From Myxococcota bacterium (GTDB lineage: Bacteria; Myxococcota_A; UBA796; CAJQPC01): a stretch of DNA of 64,000 nucleotides. This document shows, in pieces, positions 30,101 through 38,662 of this stretch. The first letter of the stretch is position 1; each line of letters opens with the position of its first letter. Where the stretch lies: the NCBI GenBank assembly GCA_036012755.1, contig DASCPX010000043.1, positions 52,884 to 116,883 of the forward strand. The letters are read 5' to 3'. The translations under genes and the position numbers were made by a program. Below the pieces are notes generated by a model. The model saw only the letters and a program-made list of their open reading frames with translations, had not been told where the DNA came from and ran no database searches.

Positions 30101-31690
30101 ATCACGACCATCCTCGGACTCATTCCGATGGCGACAGGGGTCAGCTTCGACTTCAAGAAGATGACCCTCATCACAGGCGGTGAGTCCGCCGCTTTCTGGG
30201 GCCCGATGGCCGTCGCGGTCATCTTCGGGCTGGCCGTGGCGACTGTGCTCACGCTGGTGATGGTGCCGACCATGTACTCGATCACAGAAGACATCGGCGG
30301 CCAGGGCGGCCGGCTCATCGCCCTGTTGAAGCGCCTCTTCGCGGGCAAGGAAAAGGCCGCGGTGGCGGCGGTGGTGGTGGTCGGCCTGCTCGTCCCCGGC
30401 GCCGCGGATGCAGGCGAGCGGGTCACGCTGGACCAGGCGCTCTCGGCGGCCCACGCCAACAACCTGGATCTGAAGATCGTGCACGAGAACACGGTCCAGG
30501 CCGAGGCGATGATGGGCCAGGCGTTCTCGACCCTGTCGCCGAGGCTGCAGGCGAACGGCAACTACACCTACAACAAGGACGAGGTGCTGCTGGAGTTCGA
30601 CCTCGACATGGCGGACTACATCAGCGAGGGCGCCCCGGAGCAGTTCACGGAGTACCTGACGACGCCCCCACCCTCGGAGCCGACCGTCATCCAGGCCCAG
30701 CAGTACTACGACGCCAACGCCTCGGTCGTGCAGCCACTCTTCAACGCCCCCGCCCTCCCCCTGATGAGGGGCGCGAAGGCCCAGAGATCCGCGACCTACC
30801 TCGACGAGGACCACACCCGGGCGATGGTGGACCTGGCGGTGACGCAGTCCTACTACGGCCTCGTCGTGGCCAGGGACGGCCTGGGGCTGGCGACGGACGC
30901 GGTGGACAACGGCGAGGCTCACCTGGCGCTGGCGCAGAGGAGCGTAGAGGCAGGCGCCGCGGCCCCCCTGGCGGCGATGCAGGCCGAGCTGGGCCTCTCT
31001 CGGGCCCGCCGGGCGCTGGCGGACGCCGAGGCGCAGCTGGTCCTCGCGGAGGAGACCTTCGCGCTCATGACCGGCCTGCCGAAGGACTCAGAGGTCGTGA
31101 TGCCCCCCATGCCGCAGGCCCCGGTGGCTTCGCTGGAGGCTGCGCTCTCGACCATCGATGGGCGCGCCGATGTCCAGTCCGCCTACTTCTACGCGGACAT
31201 GGCGCAGTACCAGCTCCGGGCGGATCAGCTCGGCTGGCTGCCCAGCGTCGACGGCCGCTTCACCTACAGCTGGACCGAGAACACGGGCTTCTCGGGAGAT
31301 CCCACGTGGTGGATGATCGCCGTCACCGCCCAGTGGACCGCCTGGGACGGCGGCTACCGACTCAACACGAACAAGGAGTGGGCATCCAGGGCACGCCAGG
31401 CCGACTATGCCGCACAGAAGGCGCGCCTGGAGGCGAGTCAGGACATCCGCGTCGCCTGGCAGCGCTGGCAGGCGGCGACCACCGGCTACGCGATGGTCGA
31501 GCAGGAGCTGGCCCTCGCGGAGGAGACCCTGGGGCTCGCCACCCGCGGCTTCGAAGCCGGCGCCAACTCCTGGCTCGAGGTCCAGGACGCCCAGCTCTCA
31601 CTGGACCAGGCGAAGCTCGGGATGTTGACCGAGCGCATGGCCCGAGATCTCGCGGCGGCGCAGCTCTCTGTCGCGGTCGGCGACTACTGA
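27176..31690 (+). CDS. RND efflux permease fused in frame to a TolC-like outer membrane factor
   Basis: GMLVDNAIV, VVVNNAIVL and RFRPVVLTA in the first ~1040 aa; then TLDQAL..A..NN, VQPLF and EVQDAQ OEP-like motifs; no stop codon between. Confidence 0.9.
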   Translation: MKWARWLVEHPTTVLVAVLASLYFGVVAYKTLPRESTPDITIPVVVVSTPYFGVSPEDIESLVTIPMERKLKDLKDVDNMTSTSYEGASAVVLEFDPDIDIDDALQKVREKVDAAEADLPEDAEDPVVQEISFSDIPILIVSMTGPQDEELLKNLAEDLADEIEAVPGVLDVKVSGGLTREFKILVDPDRLALYEVSFNDILRGMQSENVNIPGGTVDADRTNYLLRVPGELGSAEDIRAVPLKNVGGQTVFVRDVARVVDGYAERATYARMNGTPSISLSIQKRVGENIIQTAQASREVVEKEAEGWPEGVEYALLADQSREIEAMVSELENNILSGLILVVGVLLFFMGFRNSWFVGLAIPLSMFLSFMVIQALGMTLNMVVLFSLILALGMLVDNAIVIVENIYRHLEMGKTHVEAAIEGVSEVALPVATSTLTTVLAFAPMLVWKGIMGEFMVFLPKTLIIVLTSSLVVALVVIPAATSRWMKQVATGTDLSSGVVAEGGLYGVLIRRYKRLLEWSIDHRYVSFFGLGLPILVGTLVVYGVFNHGTEFFPQTEPNRAIVQITAPDGTGMEVTDRIARQLEMVLDTESDVDTYITEVGVATGSDGFGFGSSSVPHSARITVDFKPTIGKAREGEAVREGNTFDAIDRVRTTASFVVGADVMVDKIQEGPPVGLPISIEVTGEDVHEIGRVSHEVRRKLAGIAGVVDITDDYRVGRPELRFDVDRAATKRVGASTATVANTLRTAVAGTKASVIREGEEEYDIVVSLDERFTEDIPSILALHVPGKDNLMVPLSTLATARTRGGAGSIKHKDREKIVRISADVADGYRVDLVQAEVATLIAEYPTPETVRLDMGGANEEEAKAQAFLSRAFLIAVCLMFMVLVTQFDSVMRPFIILGSVVLSLIGVLWGLLITGTPFGIMMTGVGVISLAGVVVNNAIVLLDYIELQRKRGHDMRSALVSAGLVRFRPVVLTAITTILGLIPMATGVSFDFKKMTLITGGESAAFWGPMAVAVIFGLAVATVLTLVMVPTMYSITEDIGGQGGRLIALLKRLFAGKEKAAVAAVVVVGLLVPGAADAGERVTLDQALSAAHANNLDLKIVHENTVQAEAMMGQAFSTLSPRLQANGNYTYNKDEVLLEFDLDMADYISEGAPEQFTEYLTTPPPSEPTVIQAQQYYDANASVVQPLFNAPALPLMRGAKAQRSATYLDEDHTRAMVDLAVTQSYYGLVVARDGLGLATDAVDNGEAHLALAQRSVEAGAAAPLAAMQAELGLSRARRALADAEAQLVLAEETFALMTGLPKDSEVVMPPMPQAPVASLEAALSTIDGRADVQSAYFYADMAQYQLRADQLGWLPSVDGRFTYSWTENTGFSGDPTWWMIAVTAQWTAWDGGYRLNTNKEWASRARQADYAAQKARLEASQDIRVAWQRWQAATTGYAMVEQELALAEETLGLATRGFEAGANSWLEVQDAQLSLDQAKLGMLTERMARDLAAAQLSVAVGDY

Positions 31691-31730
31691 ACCCTGCGGC
31701 TTTGGGCTACCGTCTGCCCGGAGGCTCAAC

Positions 31731-31916
31731 ATGGACCTGAAGTGCCCGAAATGCGACAAGGCGATGGAACAGGCATTCGTGCGCGCCGGCGTCATCGGCT
31801 GGTGTCCGGAGAAGGGCTACCTCGCGCTGAAGGGGCGAGAGCGCCTCAACGTCGAGGGCGCCGCTGAGGCGTGGCGCTGCCGGGACTGCAAGGTCGTGCT
31901 GATCCAGCACAGCTGA
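31731..31916 (+). CDS. Small zinc-ribbon protein
   Basis: CPKC...M and AWRCRDC; GGAGG RBS. Confidence 0.65.
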   Translation: MDLKCPKCDKAMEQAFVRAGVIGWCPEKGYLALKGRERLNVEGAAEAWRCRDCKVVLIQHS

Positions 31917-31932
31917 CGGGGCGATGTCTTCG

Positions 31933-31977
31933 AGGGGGCGACCTCTGCAGGTCGCCCCCTGGCCCGCAAGCGGGCCA
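31933..31977. repeat. Two adjacent perfect GC-rich hairpins (REP-like or terminator-like)
   Basis: agggggcgacct-ctgc-aggtcgccccct (12-bp stem) and tggcccgc-aa-gcgggcca (8-bp stem). Confidence 0.7.
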
Positions 31978-32086
31978 CCCCACCCAGCAGCAGCGCGCCC
32001 GACCCCTCTCCTCACGGGCGTGCAAGCGCCAACCCGCTGGCGCTCCTCTGACCCCCAATGATGACCTCCACGGTTATACTCCCGGT

Positions 32087-32323
32087 ATGAAGACCGCGAT
32101 CTCCCTCCCCGACGAACTCTTCCTCCGGGCAGACACGTTCGCCCGCCGAACCGGGCGGACGCGCAGTCAGCTCTATGCGGACGCTCTCCGTGAGTTCCTC
32201 GCCCGCTGGGACGAGGCCGATGTGACCGCGGCCCTCGACCTCGTCTGTCGCGAGGTCGACTCCAGCCTTCCAGAGGAGTACGCAGCCAACGCGCGGGAGC
32301 TGCTCGCAGGCGAAGACTGGTGA
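32087..32323 (+). CDS. Ribbon-helix-helix antitoxin (ChpI/MazE-like)
   Basis: MKTAISLPDELF...RSQLY..AL; overlaps the toxin start (GTGA). Confidence 0.85.
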   Translation: MKTAISLPDELFLRADTFARRTGRTRSQLYADALREFLARWDEADVTAALDLVCREVDSSLPEEYAANARELLAGEDW

Positions 32324-32682
32324 TCATCAAGCAAGGGGACGTGTGCTGGGCGAACCTCGGCGACCCGACCGGCTCGGGTCCAGACTACAGGCGCCCTGTG
32401 ATCGTCGTACAAGGGGACGCCTTCAACCGCAGCACCATCCGCACCGCCGCCTGCGTTCCCCTGACGAGCAACCTGAAGTGGGCAGGAGCGCCGGGCAACG
32501 TCGAGCTCACGGCCAGGCAGACAGGCCTCCCGAAGCCCTCCGTGGCCAATGTCTCCCAGATCGTGGCGCTCGACCGGACGATCCTCTCGCCCCGCGTCGG
32601 CCAGCTCTCCCCAGCGAAGCTCGCTCTCGTCATCTCTGGCATCGACCAGGTCCTGGGCCGGTCCACGTCTGTGTGGGGCTAG
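32320..32682 (+). CDS. mazF: PemK/MazF family endoribonuclease toxin
   Basis: GDVCWANL, RRPVIVVQGDAFN, PLTSN and SVANVSQI. Confidence 0.9.
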   Translation: MIIKQGDVCWANLGDPTGSGPDYRRPVIVVQGDAFNRSTIRTAACVPLTSNLKWAGAPGNVELTARQTGLPKPSVANVSQIVALDRTILSPRVGQLSPAKLALVISGIDQVLGRSTSVWG

Positions 32683-33308
32683 GCCGAGTACACCGTCTTG
32701 CGCAGGGTCGACTTCACCGCGCGGATGCTCTCGTCATAGGCCTCGAAGGTGCCCTCCATGTCCATCAGGCCCCGAACCCAGGTCATCTCGCTCGCCTCGA
32801 GCGTCTCGTGGAGCGAGTCGCCTCCTTCGAGCCAGACGACCAGGTCCTCGAGCCCGTCGACGAGCACGTTGTGCTCCTCGAAGAGGTGAGCGGAGACCTT
32901 GACGTCCTCTGTGATCTCCACGACCTCTGCCCTCAGCTCCAGCAACCGACGCATCTGCTCGCCGTAGGTCCGCGCGGATCCGTGAGCGTTCATCAGGTCG
33001 CGGGCGCTCATGATGGTCCCGTGCACGTCCCGGACCCGGCGCAGGAAGTCCTCGCGCTGCCGAGCCCGTGCCGCGGCGCGGTCCCTCGAAGCGAGCACAT
33101 CGTCCACGAAGGGCTTGACCCAGATGCCCACGAGCAGCAGCAGCGCCAGCTCCAGGAGCCCACCGCCGAGCTCGGTCCTGCAGTCCTCTGGACCGAGCAG
33201 GCCGAAGGCCGCCCCTGCCAGCGGCAGACCGATCGCCAGCGAGAGGAGTATGCGCGGCAGCACCCGGCCGATCAGGCGAGACCTGGAGACCTCCTGTGCT
33301 CGCAGCAT
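32679..33308 (-). CDS. Hypothetical membrane protein
   Basis: Two TM segments followed by a helical soluble region. Confidence 0.55.
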   Translation of the reverse strand: MLRAQEVSRSRLIGRVLPRILLSLAIGLPLAGAAFGLLGPEDCRTELGGGLLELALLLLVGIWVKPFVDDVLASRDRAAARARQREDFLRRVRDVHGTIMSARDLMNAHGSARTYGEQMRRLLELRAEVVEITEDVKVSAHLFEEHNVLVDGLEDLVVWLEGGDSLHETLEASEMTWVRGLMDMEGTFEAYDESIRAVKSTLRKTVYSA

Positions 33309-33314
33309 GCCCCA

Positions 33315-33770
33315 TCAGGCCAGCACCTCCGCCCAGATGGCCTCGAGGTCCCTTGGCGCCACGCACCCGGCGCAGACCGCATCAGCCAGGCGGAACACAC
33401 GCCGCAAGGCGGCACGGCGCAGCGCAGTGGTCCCCAGCACCTCCATGGCGTCGGGACCGGTGAGGTGCACCAGGGCGGGCACCCCCAGCACTTCGAGCTG
33501 CTCCAGGTAGACCAGCTTCCGATAGAGGCTGCCGACATCGGCGATGTGGACGTGGAAGAGCTGGGGCTTCCAGCCCCCGGACAGGCGTCTCAAGAAGTCG
33601 AGCTGGGACCGTCCGATCCACCCCACCTGTCGAGCCAGGGTCCCCTCGGAGCACGTCGGCACGTAGTCGACGCGGTGGCCGCGCTCTCGGGCGGCGTCCG
33701 CACAGCTGGCGGCGAGGTGGGCAGCTGCTCCGCGAGCACGGAGGTCAGGACCGAGCATGGCGATGTGCAT
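33315..33770 (-). CDS. Stand-alone glycosyltransferase family 4 N-terminal-like domain (possibly truncated)
   Basis: MHIAMLGP...RGHRVD, LFHVH..GSLYRK, LVHL; only 151 aa. Confidence 0.5.
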   Translation of the reverse strand: MHIAMLGPDLRARGAAAHLAASCADAARERGHRVDYVPTCSEGTLARQVGWIGRSQLDFLRRLSGGWKPQLFHVHIADVGSLYRKLVYLEQLEVLGVPALVHLTGPDAMEVLGTTALRRAALRRVFRLADAVCAGCVAPRDLEAIWAEVLA

Positions 33771-33840
33771 GGCCCCGATTCGAACCGGCTGGACGCCACA
33801 GGGCAAGGTCAGCTGGCGTTCGCCGTGGTATCTCCGGCCC

Positions 33841-34782
33841 ATGACACTCGCACTTTTCGCAGCATGCTCGCCCTCTTTCGACGACTCGGGGGCTCTGCCC
33901 ACCTGCGACATCGACGTCATGGAGACCCTCCCGGCCGACGGCTCGACCCAGGCCTACTACCGGGGGCCCTTCGAGTTCGTCCTCGAGCAGGCCGTGCCCA
34001 CCGCAGAGGTGATCGCCGACTTCCCGGGCGAACAAGGTCTCCGGAAGGAGGGCACCGTCATCACCTTCGCGCCGGACCCGCCGCTGGAGCCGCTCACGGA
34101 CTACACCCTCGGCCTCGACTACTGCCACGGCAAGCCCGAGATCACCTTCAAGACGAGCGAGCTGGGCCTGCCGATCGAGGACGAGGACAGCCTCGTCGGT
34201 CGCACATACGCGGTCGACCTCACCTCCGGCGATTTCCTGGAGAGCGACCTCGTCGGCACCGTGCTGACTGGCTTCTTCGGACGAAACGTGCTCGTGCAGA
34301 TCGTCGATCGGGCCGACGGCGACATCACCTTCCGGGCCGCGATCTCGCAGGCGGGCTCCAGCGGCCGCCTTGAACAGGACACCTGCAGCCGCAGCCAGGA
34401 TCTGGACCTGGACTCGACCGAGTTGCCCTTCGTCCAGCTGGAGCTCGAGGAGTTCTCCTTCGGAGCCTACGAAGGCAGCATGACCTTCTACCACTTCGCC
34501 CTCGACGGCACGATCAGCCCGGGCGCCAGCTGGATTGGCGGCCTGGCCTGGACCATCACCGTCAGCGCCGACGACCTCGTGCCCATCCTGGAGGCCCCGG
34601 ATGTCGAGACCGTCTGCGAGACCGCCGCGAACCTCGAGGCCGAGTGCGTGCCCTGCCCCAGCGGCGATGATCTCTGCATCACCGTCAGCGGCCACCGGGT
34701 CGTCGCTGACGCCGTCGAGGGCGACCTCGAGGACATCACAGAGTCGGGCACCCATCCGGAGTGTGACGAGGAAGCCGAGTAG
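33841..34782 (+). CDS. Acidic lipoprotein with Ig-like N-terminal domain
   Basis: FAAC lipobox; TLPADG...FAPDPPLEPLTDY. Confidence 0.65.
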   Translation: MTLALFAACSPSFDDSGALPTCDIDVMETLPADGSTQAYYRGPFEFVLEQAVPTAEVIADFPGEQGLRKEGTVITFAPDPPLEPLTDYTLGLDYCHGKPEITFKTSELGLPIEDEDSLVGRTYAVDLTSGDFLESDLVGTVLTGFFGRNVLVQIVDRADGDITFRAAISQAGSSGRLEQDTCSRSQDLDLDSTELPFVQLELEEFSFGAYEGSMTFYHFALDGTISPGASWIGGLAWTITVSADDLVPILEAPDVETVCETAANLEAECVPCPSGDDLCITVSGHRVVADAVEGDLEDITESGTHPECDEEAE

Positions 34783-34837
34783 TCCACTGCATTAACGAAG
34801 AGGGACCAGGCGGCCTCCAAGAGAGCGGAGAGCCGAC

Positions 34838-35434
34838 ATGTTCCAGCCACGACAGACCCGCGCCCCCTTCGGCCGCCAGGCCGGCGCAGCACTCATGGCG
34901 ACGCTGCTGGTGGGCAGCGCCCTCGGCCTGGCCGTCTTCGGCGGAGGACAGAGCATCGAGGAGCTCGTCGACGACGAGCCGATCTTCCTGATGGAGCTGG
35001 TAGAGGACGACGCCCTCCCCCCGCCGCCCGCTGGCACCGAGGCTGGCGGCGCGCCCCAAATGACAGAGGAGCCCGAGATCACAGAGGAGCCCGAGATCAC
35101 AGAGGAGCCCGAGATCACAGAGGAGCCCGAGACGACCGAGGTCCATGGCGACGCCATCGCCGGCCTCACCGACGACCCCTTCAGCAACGGCCTCTTCGAC
35201 AACGGCGGCGGAAACTGCATCCGTGACTGCGGAGAGGGCAGCGGGTCGACCCTGCGCCACGTGGCCATCGATGAGCGGGGGCGCGTCTCGTCCCTGAGCT
35301 TCCTGGCCTGCCCCGAGGTCTTCCAGGACAGCACCCGCCGAGCGCTCATGCGCTGGCGCTTCGAGCCCCTGTCGATCGACGGGGTTGCAGGCCCCACCAC
35401 GACCACTGCCAACATCACGTTCAGGCTCTCGTAG
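34838..35434 (+). CDS. TonB-like protein (divergent paralog)
   Basis: N-terminus similar to the 35508 gene; VAIDERGRV, RWRFEP...G C-terminal motif. Confidence 0.7.
   Translation: MFQPRQTRAPFGRQAGAALMATLLVGSALGLAVFGGGQSIEELVDDEPIFLMELVEDDALPPPPAGTEAGGAPQMTEEPEITEEPEITEEPEITEEPETTEVHGDAIAGLTDDPFSNGLFDNGGGNCIRDCGEGSGSTLRHVAIDERGRVSSLSFLACPEVFQDSTRRALMRWRFEPLSIDGVAGPTTTTANITFRLS
35063..35132 (+). repeat. 18-bp tandem repeat (~4 copies) encoding TEEPEI
   Basis: acagaggagcccgagatc x3 plus a partial copy. Confidence 0.9.
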
Positions 35435-35507
35435 CCCCACACACCCTTGACGAGGTGCGCGTTATAGTGCGCCGTCCCGCCCCGGGGCGGCATCCGGAGA
35501 GCCTCCT

Positions 35508-36227
35508 TTGTTCGACACGATCGGCAAGGCCCGCAAGGTCAACCGTCGCCGCCAGGCCGGCTCCTGGCTGATGTCGATCATGATGCTCGCCACCGCCGGC
35601 GGCGCGGTCGTCTTCTCCGGTGGGCAGATCGTCGAGGAAATCGAAGACGACGAGCCCATCGAGGTCACGTTCATCGACGACGCGGCCCCTCCACCTCCAC
35701 CTCCACCTCCACCTCCAGCCGGCGCAGAGAAGGAAGAAGAGGAAGAAGAGGAAGAAGAGGAGGAGGAAGAGGAAGAAGAAGAGGAGGAGGTCGAGGAGCT
35801 CGAGGAGGAGATCCCGGAGCCCATCGAGACCACCGACGCCAGCGTGGAAGGTGGCGTCGAGGGAGGCGTCGAGGGAGGCGTCGTCGGTGGCGTCATCGGC
35901 GGCGAGATCGGCGGTGTGCTGGGCGGGCAGCTCGGCGGCACTGGCGTCAAGGCGCTCCACTGGAGCCAGGCCAAGCCCAAGAAGAAGTGCATCCCGAAGA
36001 TGCCGAAGGCAGCCAAGGAAGCCGGCATCGAGGGCAACTGCAAGGTCCGGATCTTCATCGGCGAGAGCGGCAAGATCTACGACTACAAGTACGAAGCCTG
36101 CCCCAAGATCTTCCAGGACACGGTGGCCGAGTGTATGGCAAAGACGACCTTCTACCCGGCCAAGGACGAACACGGAGTGACCTACAAGTTCCAGTTCGTC
36201 TTCAACTACCAGTTCGTGCTGAGGTGA
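35508..36227 (+). CDS. tonB: TonB family energy transducer
   Basis: TM, poly-Pro, poly-Glu, GGVEGGV repeats, then P.AAKEAGIEG..VRIFIGESG. Confidence 0.85.
   Translation: MFDTIGKARKVNRRRQAGSWLMSIMMLATAGGAVVFSGGQIVEEIEDDEPIEVTFIDDAAPPPPPPPPPPAGAEKEEEEEEEEEEEEEEEEEEEVEELEEEIPEPIETTDASVEGGVEGGVEGGVVGGVIGGEIGGVLGGQLGGTGVKALHWSQAKPKKKCIPKMPKAAKEAGIEGNCKVRIFIGESGKIYDYKYEACPKIFQDTVAECMAKTTFYPAKDEHGVTYKFQFVFNYQFVLR
35688..35790 (+). repeat. Low-complexity (CCTCCA)n poly-Pro and GAR poly-Glu tracts
   Basis: Read directly from the sequence. Confidence 0.85.
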
Positions 36228-36236
36228 GCGGATTCC

Positions 36237-36941
36237 ATGAGTTTTGATCTCCAACACATCTGGGAGGCTTCGACTCCCCAGACCCTCACCATCCTGGTGA
36301 TGCTGTTCATCATGGGCATCATGGCGCTCTACGTCGCCATCGAGCGCTTCGTGTCGCTTCGAAAGGCGACCGAGCAGTCCAGGGAGCTGGCAGCAGCGCT
36401 GGCCACCCCCTTCAAGAGCGGCGACGTCGAAGCCGGCGCGAAGCTCTGCAAGGACGAGCGCTTCAAAGCCAGCTACCTCGGCCACCTGATGCGCCCGGCC
36501 CTGGGCGAGCTCGCCACGCGCTTCGATCGACCCGGAGTCGACGCCGCAGAGCGAGCCCTGGAGCGCGCCAACACCCAGGAGGGGCTGGATCTGCGCAAGG
36601 GCATGAACATCCTCGCCACCGTCGGCTCCACGGCGCCCTTCGTCGGCCTCGTCGGCACGATCTTCGGCATCATCAACGCCTTCTCGGCCATGGCCGAAGC
36701 AGGCGGAGGTGGCCTGGGTCAGGTCTCCGCAGGCATCGCAGAGGCCCTGGTCGCGACCGCCGTCGGGATCTTCGTCGCCATCGTCGGTGTGTGGTTCTAC
36801 AACTACTTCAACGCCCGCATCGACCGCATCGACAACGACATCAGCGTCGCCAGCCAGGAGTTCAACGACTGGTGCGAGAAGCAGCTCCTGGCTCGGTCGG
36901 GCGACGAGCCCCCCACCGAGCGGGTCCTCGCCACAAAGTAG
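36237..36941 (+). CDS. exbB: MotA/TolQ/ExbB proton channel protein
   Basis: LATVGSTAPFVGLVGTIFGI and GIAEALVATAVG. Confidence 0.9.
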   Translation: MSFDLQHIWEASTPQTLTILVMLFIMGIMALYVAIERFVSLRKATEQSRELAAALATPFKSGDVEAGAKLCKDERFKASYLGHLMRPALGELATRFDRPGVDAAERALERANTQEGLDLRKGMNILATVGSTAPFVGLVGTIFGIINAFSAMAEAGGGGLGQVSAGIAEALVATAVGIFVAIVGVWFYNYFNARIDRIDNDISVASQEFNDWCEKQLLARSGDEPPTERVLATK

Positions 36942-36950
36942 GGGTAGGCA

Positions 36951-37373
36951 GTGGGCGCCAAGGTCGGAGGAAGCAGCGGAGGTCCCGTCGCGGACATCAA
37001 CGTCACGCCGTTGATCGACGTCGTGCTCGTGCTGCTCATCATCTTCATGGTCGTCACGCCGATGCTGTCCTCGGGCATCGACGTGAAGCTGCCCGACGCC
37101 AAGCAGACCGTGCAGGCCCAGGACAACGGCCAGCACATCGTCATCTCGATCGACAGAGAAGGCGACATCTACATCGGGCGCAACAAGATCGCTCTAGAGG
37201 TCCTCATCGACGAGGTCAACGCCGAGTACCGCAAGGACCCCGCGAAGGCGGTCCTCATCAAGGCCGACTCCAACCTCCACTACGGCGAGGTCCGGGCAGT
37301 CATGGACGAGCTCGCCGAGAACGGCAAGAGCACGCTCCTGCTCGCCGCAGAGAAGAAGAAGGGGGGCGAGTAG
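36951..37373 (+). CDS. exbD: ExbD/TolR family protein
   Basis: INVTPLIDVVLVLLIIFMV and IKAD..YG.V. Confidence 0.9.
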   Translation: MGAKVGGSSGGPVADINVTPLIDVVLVLLIIFMVVTPMLSSGIDVKLPDAKQTVQAQDNGQHIVISIDREGDIYIGRNKIALEVLIDEVNAEYRKDPAKAVLIKADSNLHYGEVRAVMDELAENGKSTLLLAAEKKKGGE

Positions 37374-37841
37374 ATGGGCGCGCGGGTCGGCGGCAAGAGA
37401 GGCGCCCAGAGCGACATCAACGTCACCCCGCTGATCGACGTCGTGCTCGTGCTGCTCATCATCTTCATGGTCCTGACCCCCCGGACCATCGAGGAGATGA
37501 CGGCGAACCTGCCCTCGAAGACCGAGACCGTGAAGAAGAAGGACGACAAGAAGGACCAGCTGCTCGTCGCGGTCTACGAGGACGGGAGCGTCGCCCTGAA
37601 CCTGGTGGCGATGAACGACCGAGAGGTCTGGGACCAGCTCCGCAAGCGGCTCCGGGCCAAGGAGAAGAAGGTCGTCTTCGTCGACGCCCACCCGAACCTG
37701 CCCTACGGCCGGGTCGTCCAGATGATGGACCTGGTGAAGGACGCCGGCGCCGACCGGGTCGGGCTCGCGCGGCTCAAGGACGAAGGCCCCGTGAAGCCGC
37801 CAGACGGCACCGAAGCCGCCCCCCCGGCCCCCACCGAGTGA
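37374..37841 (+). CDS. exbD: ExbD/TolR family protein (second copy)
   Basis: INVTPLIDVVLVLLIIFMV and YGRVVQMMD..AG. Confidence 0.9.
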   Translation: MGARVGGKRGAQSDINVTPLIDVVLVLLIIFMVLTPRTIEEMTANLPSKTETVKKKDDKKDQLLVAVYEDGSVALNLVAMNDREVWDQLRKRLRAKEKKVVFVDAHPNLPYGRVVQMMDLVKDAGADRVGLARLKDEGPVKPPDGTEAAPPAPTE

Positions 37842-38662
37842 AGGGAGACTGGGCCGAGCCCCGACGCCGGGAGCTCGAACGACGCCTGAACGCCCTGTTC
37901 GCGGACGCCTGGCCGCCGGCTTTCACCGCGATGGCCCGACATCCGCTGCAGACCGGTGGCAAGCGCATGCGCCCGCTCATGGTCCTCGCCGCCCACGAGG
38001 TCGCGAGCGAAGCTGCCCTGGATACGGCCTGGCTGCCGGCGATGGCGGTGGAGCTCGTGCACACCTACTCGCTGGTCCACGACGACCTCCCTTGCCTCGA
38101 CGACGACGACGAGCGCCGGGGGGTGCCCACGACCCACGTGGTCCACGGCGAGGCGATGGCCCTGCTCGTCGGGGACGCCCTGCTCACAGAGGCCTTCCGG
38201 CTGCTCGCCAGCTCCGGAGACATCCGCCTCGTCGCGGAGCTCGCGAACGCCGCCGGCTACCGGGGCATGATCGGCGGACAGGCCGCGGACCTCGGCGCCC
38301 ACGGTCCGGTGGGGGACGTCGACACCCTGACCCGCCTGCACGCCAACAAGACCGGAGAACTCTTCCGCTGCGCCGTGCGCATGGGCGCGATCGCTGGCGG
38401 AGCGGACGACGCGCTCCTCGCTCGCCTGACACGCTTCGCAGAGGCCTTCGGGCTGGCCTTCCAGCTCGCCGACGACGTGCTCGACGAAGAGCAGGACGCT
38501 GGCGACGACGGCCCCCCAAGCTACGTGAAGCTCCTGGGCGTCGACGAGACCCGACGGCGGGCAGCGGCCCTGACCGACGAAGCCCTGAGCGCGCTCCGGG
38601 GACTGCCCCGCGCCGAGCCGCTGAGAGACCTCGCTCGCTACAACCTGTCCCGAGAGCTGTGA
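37838..38662 (+). CDS. ispA: Polyprenyl (farnesyl) diphosphate synthase
   Basis: GGKRMRP, HDDLPCLDDDDERRG, KTG and FQLADD. Confidence 0.9.
   Translation: MKGDWAEPRRRELERRLNALFADAWPPAFTAMARHPLQTGGKRMRPLMVLAAHEVASEAALDTAWLPAMAVELVHTYSLVHDDLPCLDDDDERRGVPTTHVVHGEAMALLVGDALLTEAFRLLASSGDIRLVAELANAAGYRGMIGGQAADLGAHGPVGDVDTLTRLHANKTGELFRCAVRMGAIAGGADDALLARLTRFAEAFGLAFQLADDVLDEEQDAGDDGPPSYVKLLGVDETRRRAAALTDEALSALRGLPRAEPLRDLARYNLSREL

Noticed and set aside
35447..35468. TTGACG...TATAGT sigma70 promoter before tonB
   Set aside because: The spacer is only 10 nt. The -10 may be real, but the pair is not canonical.
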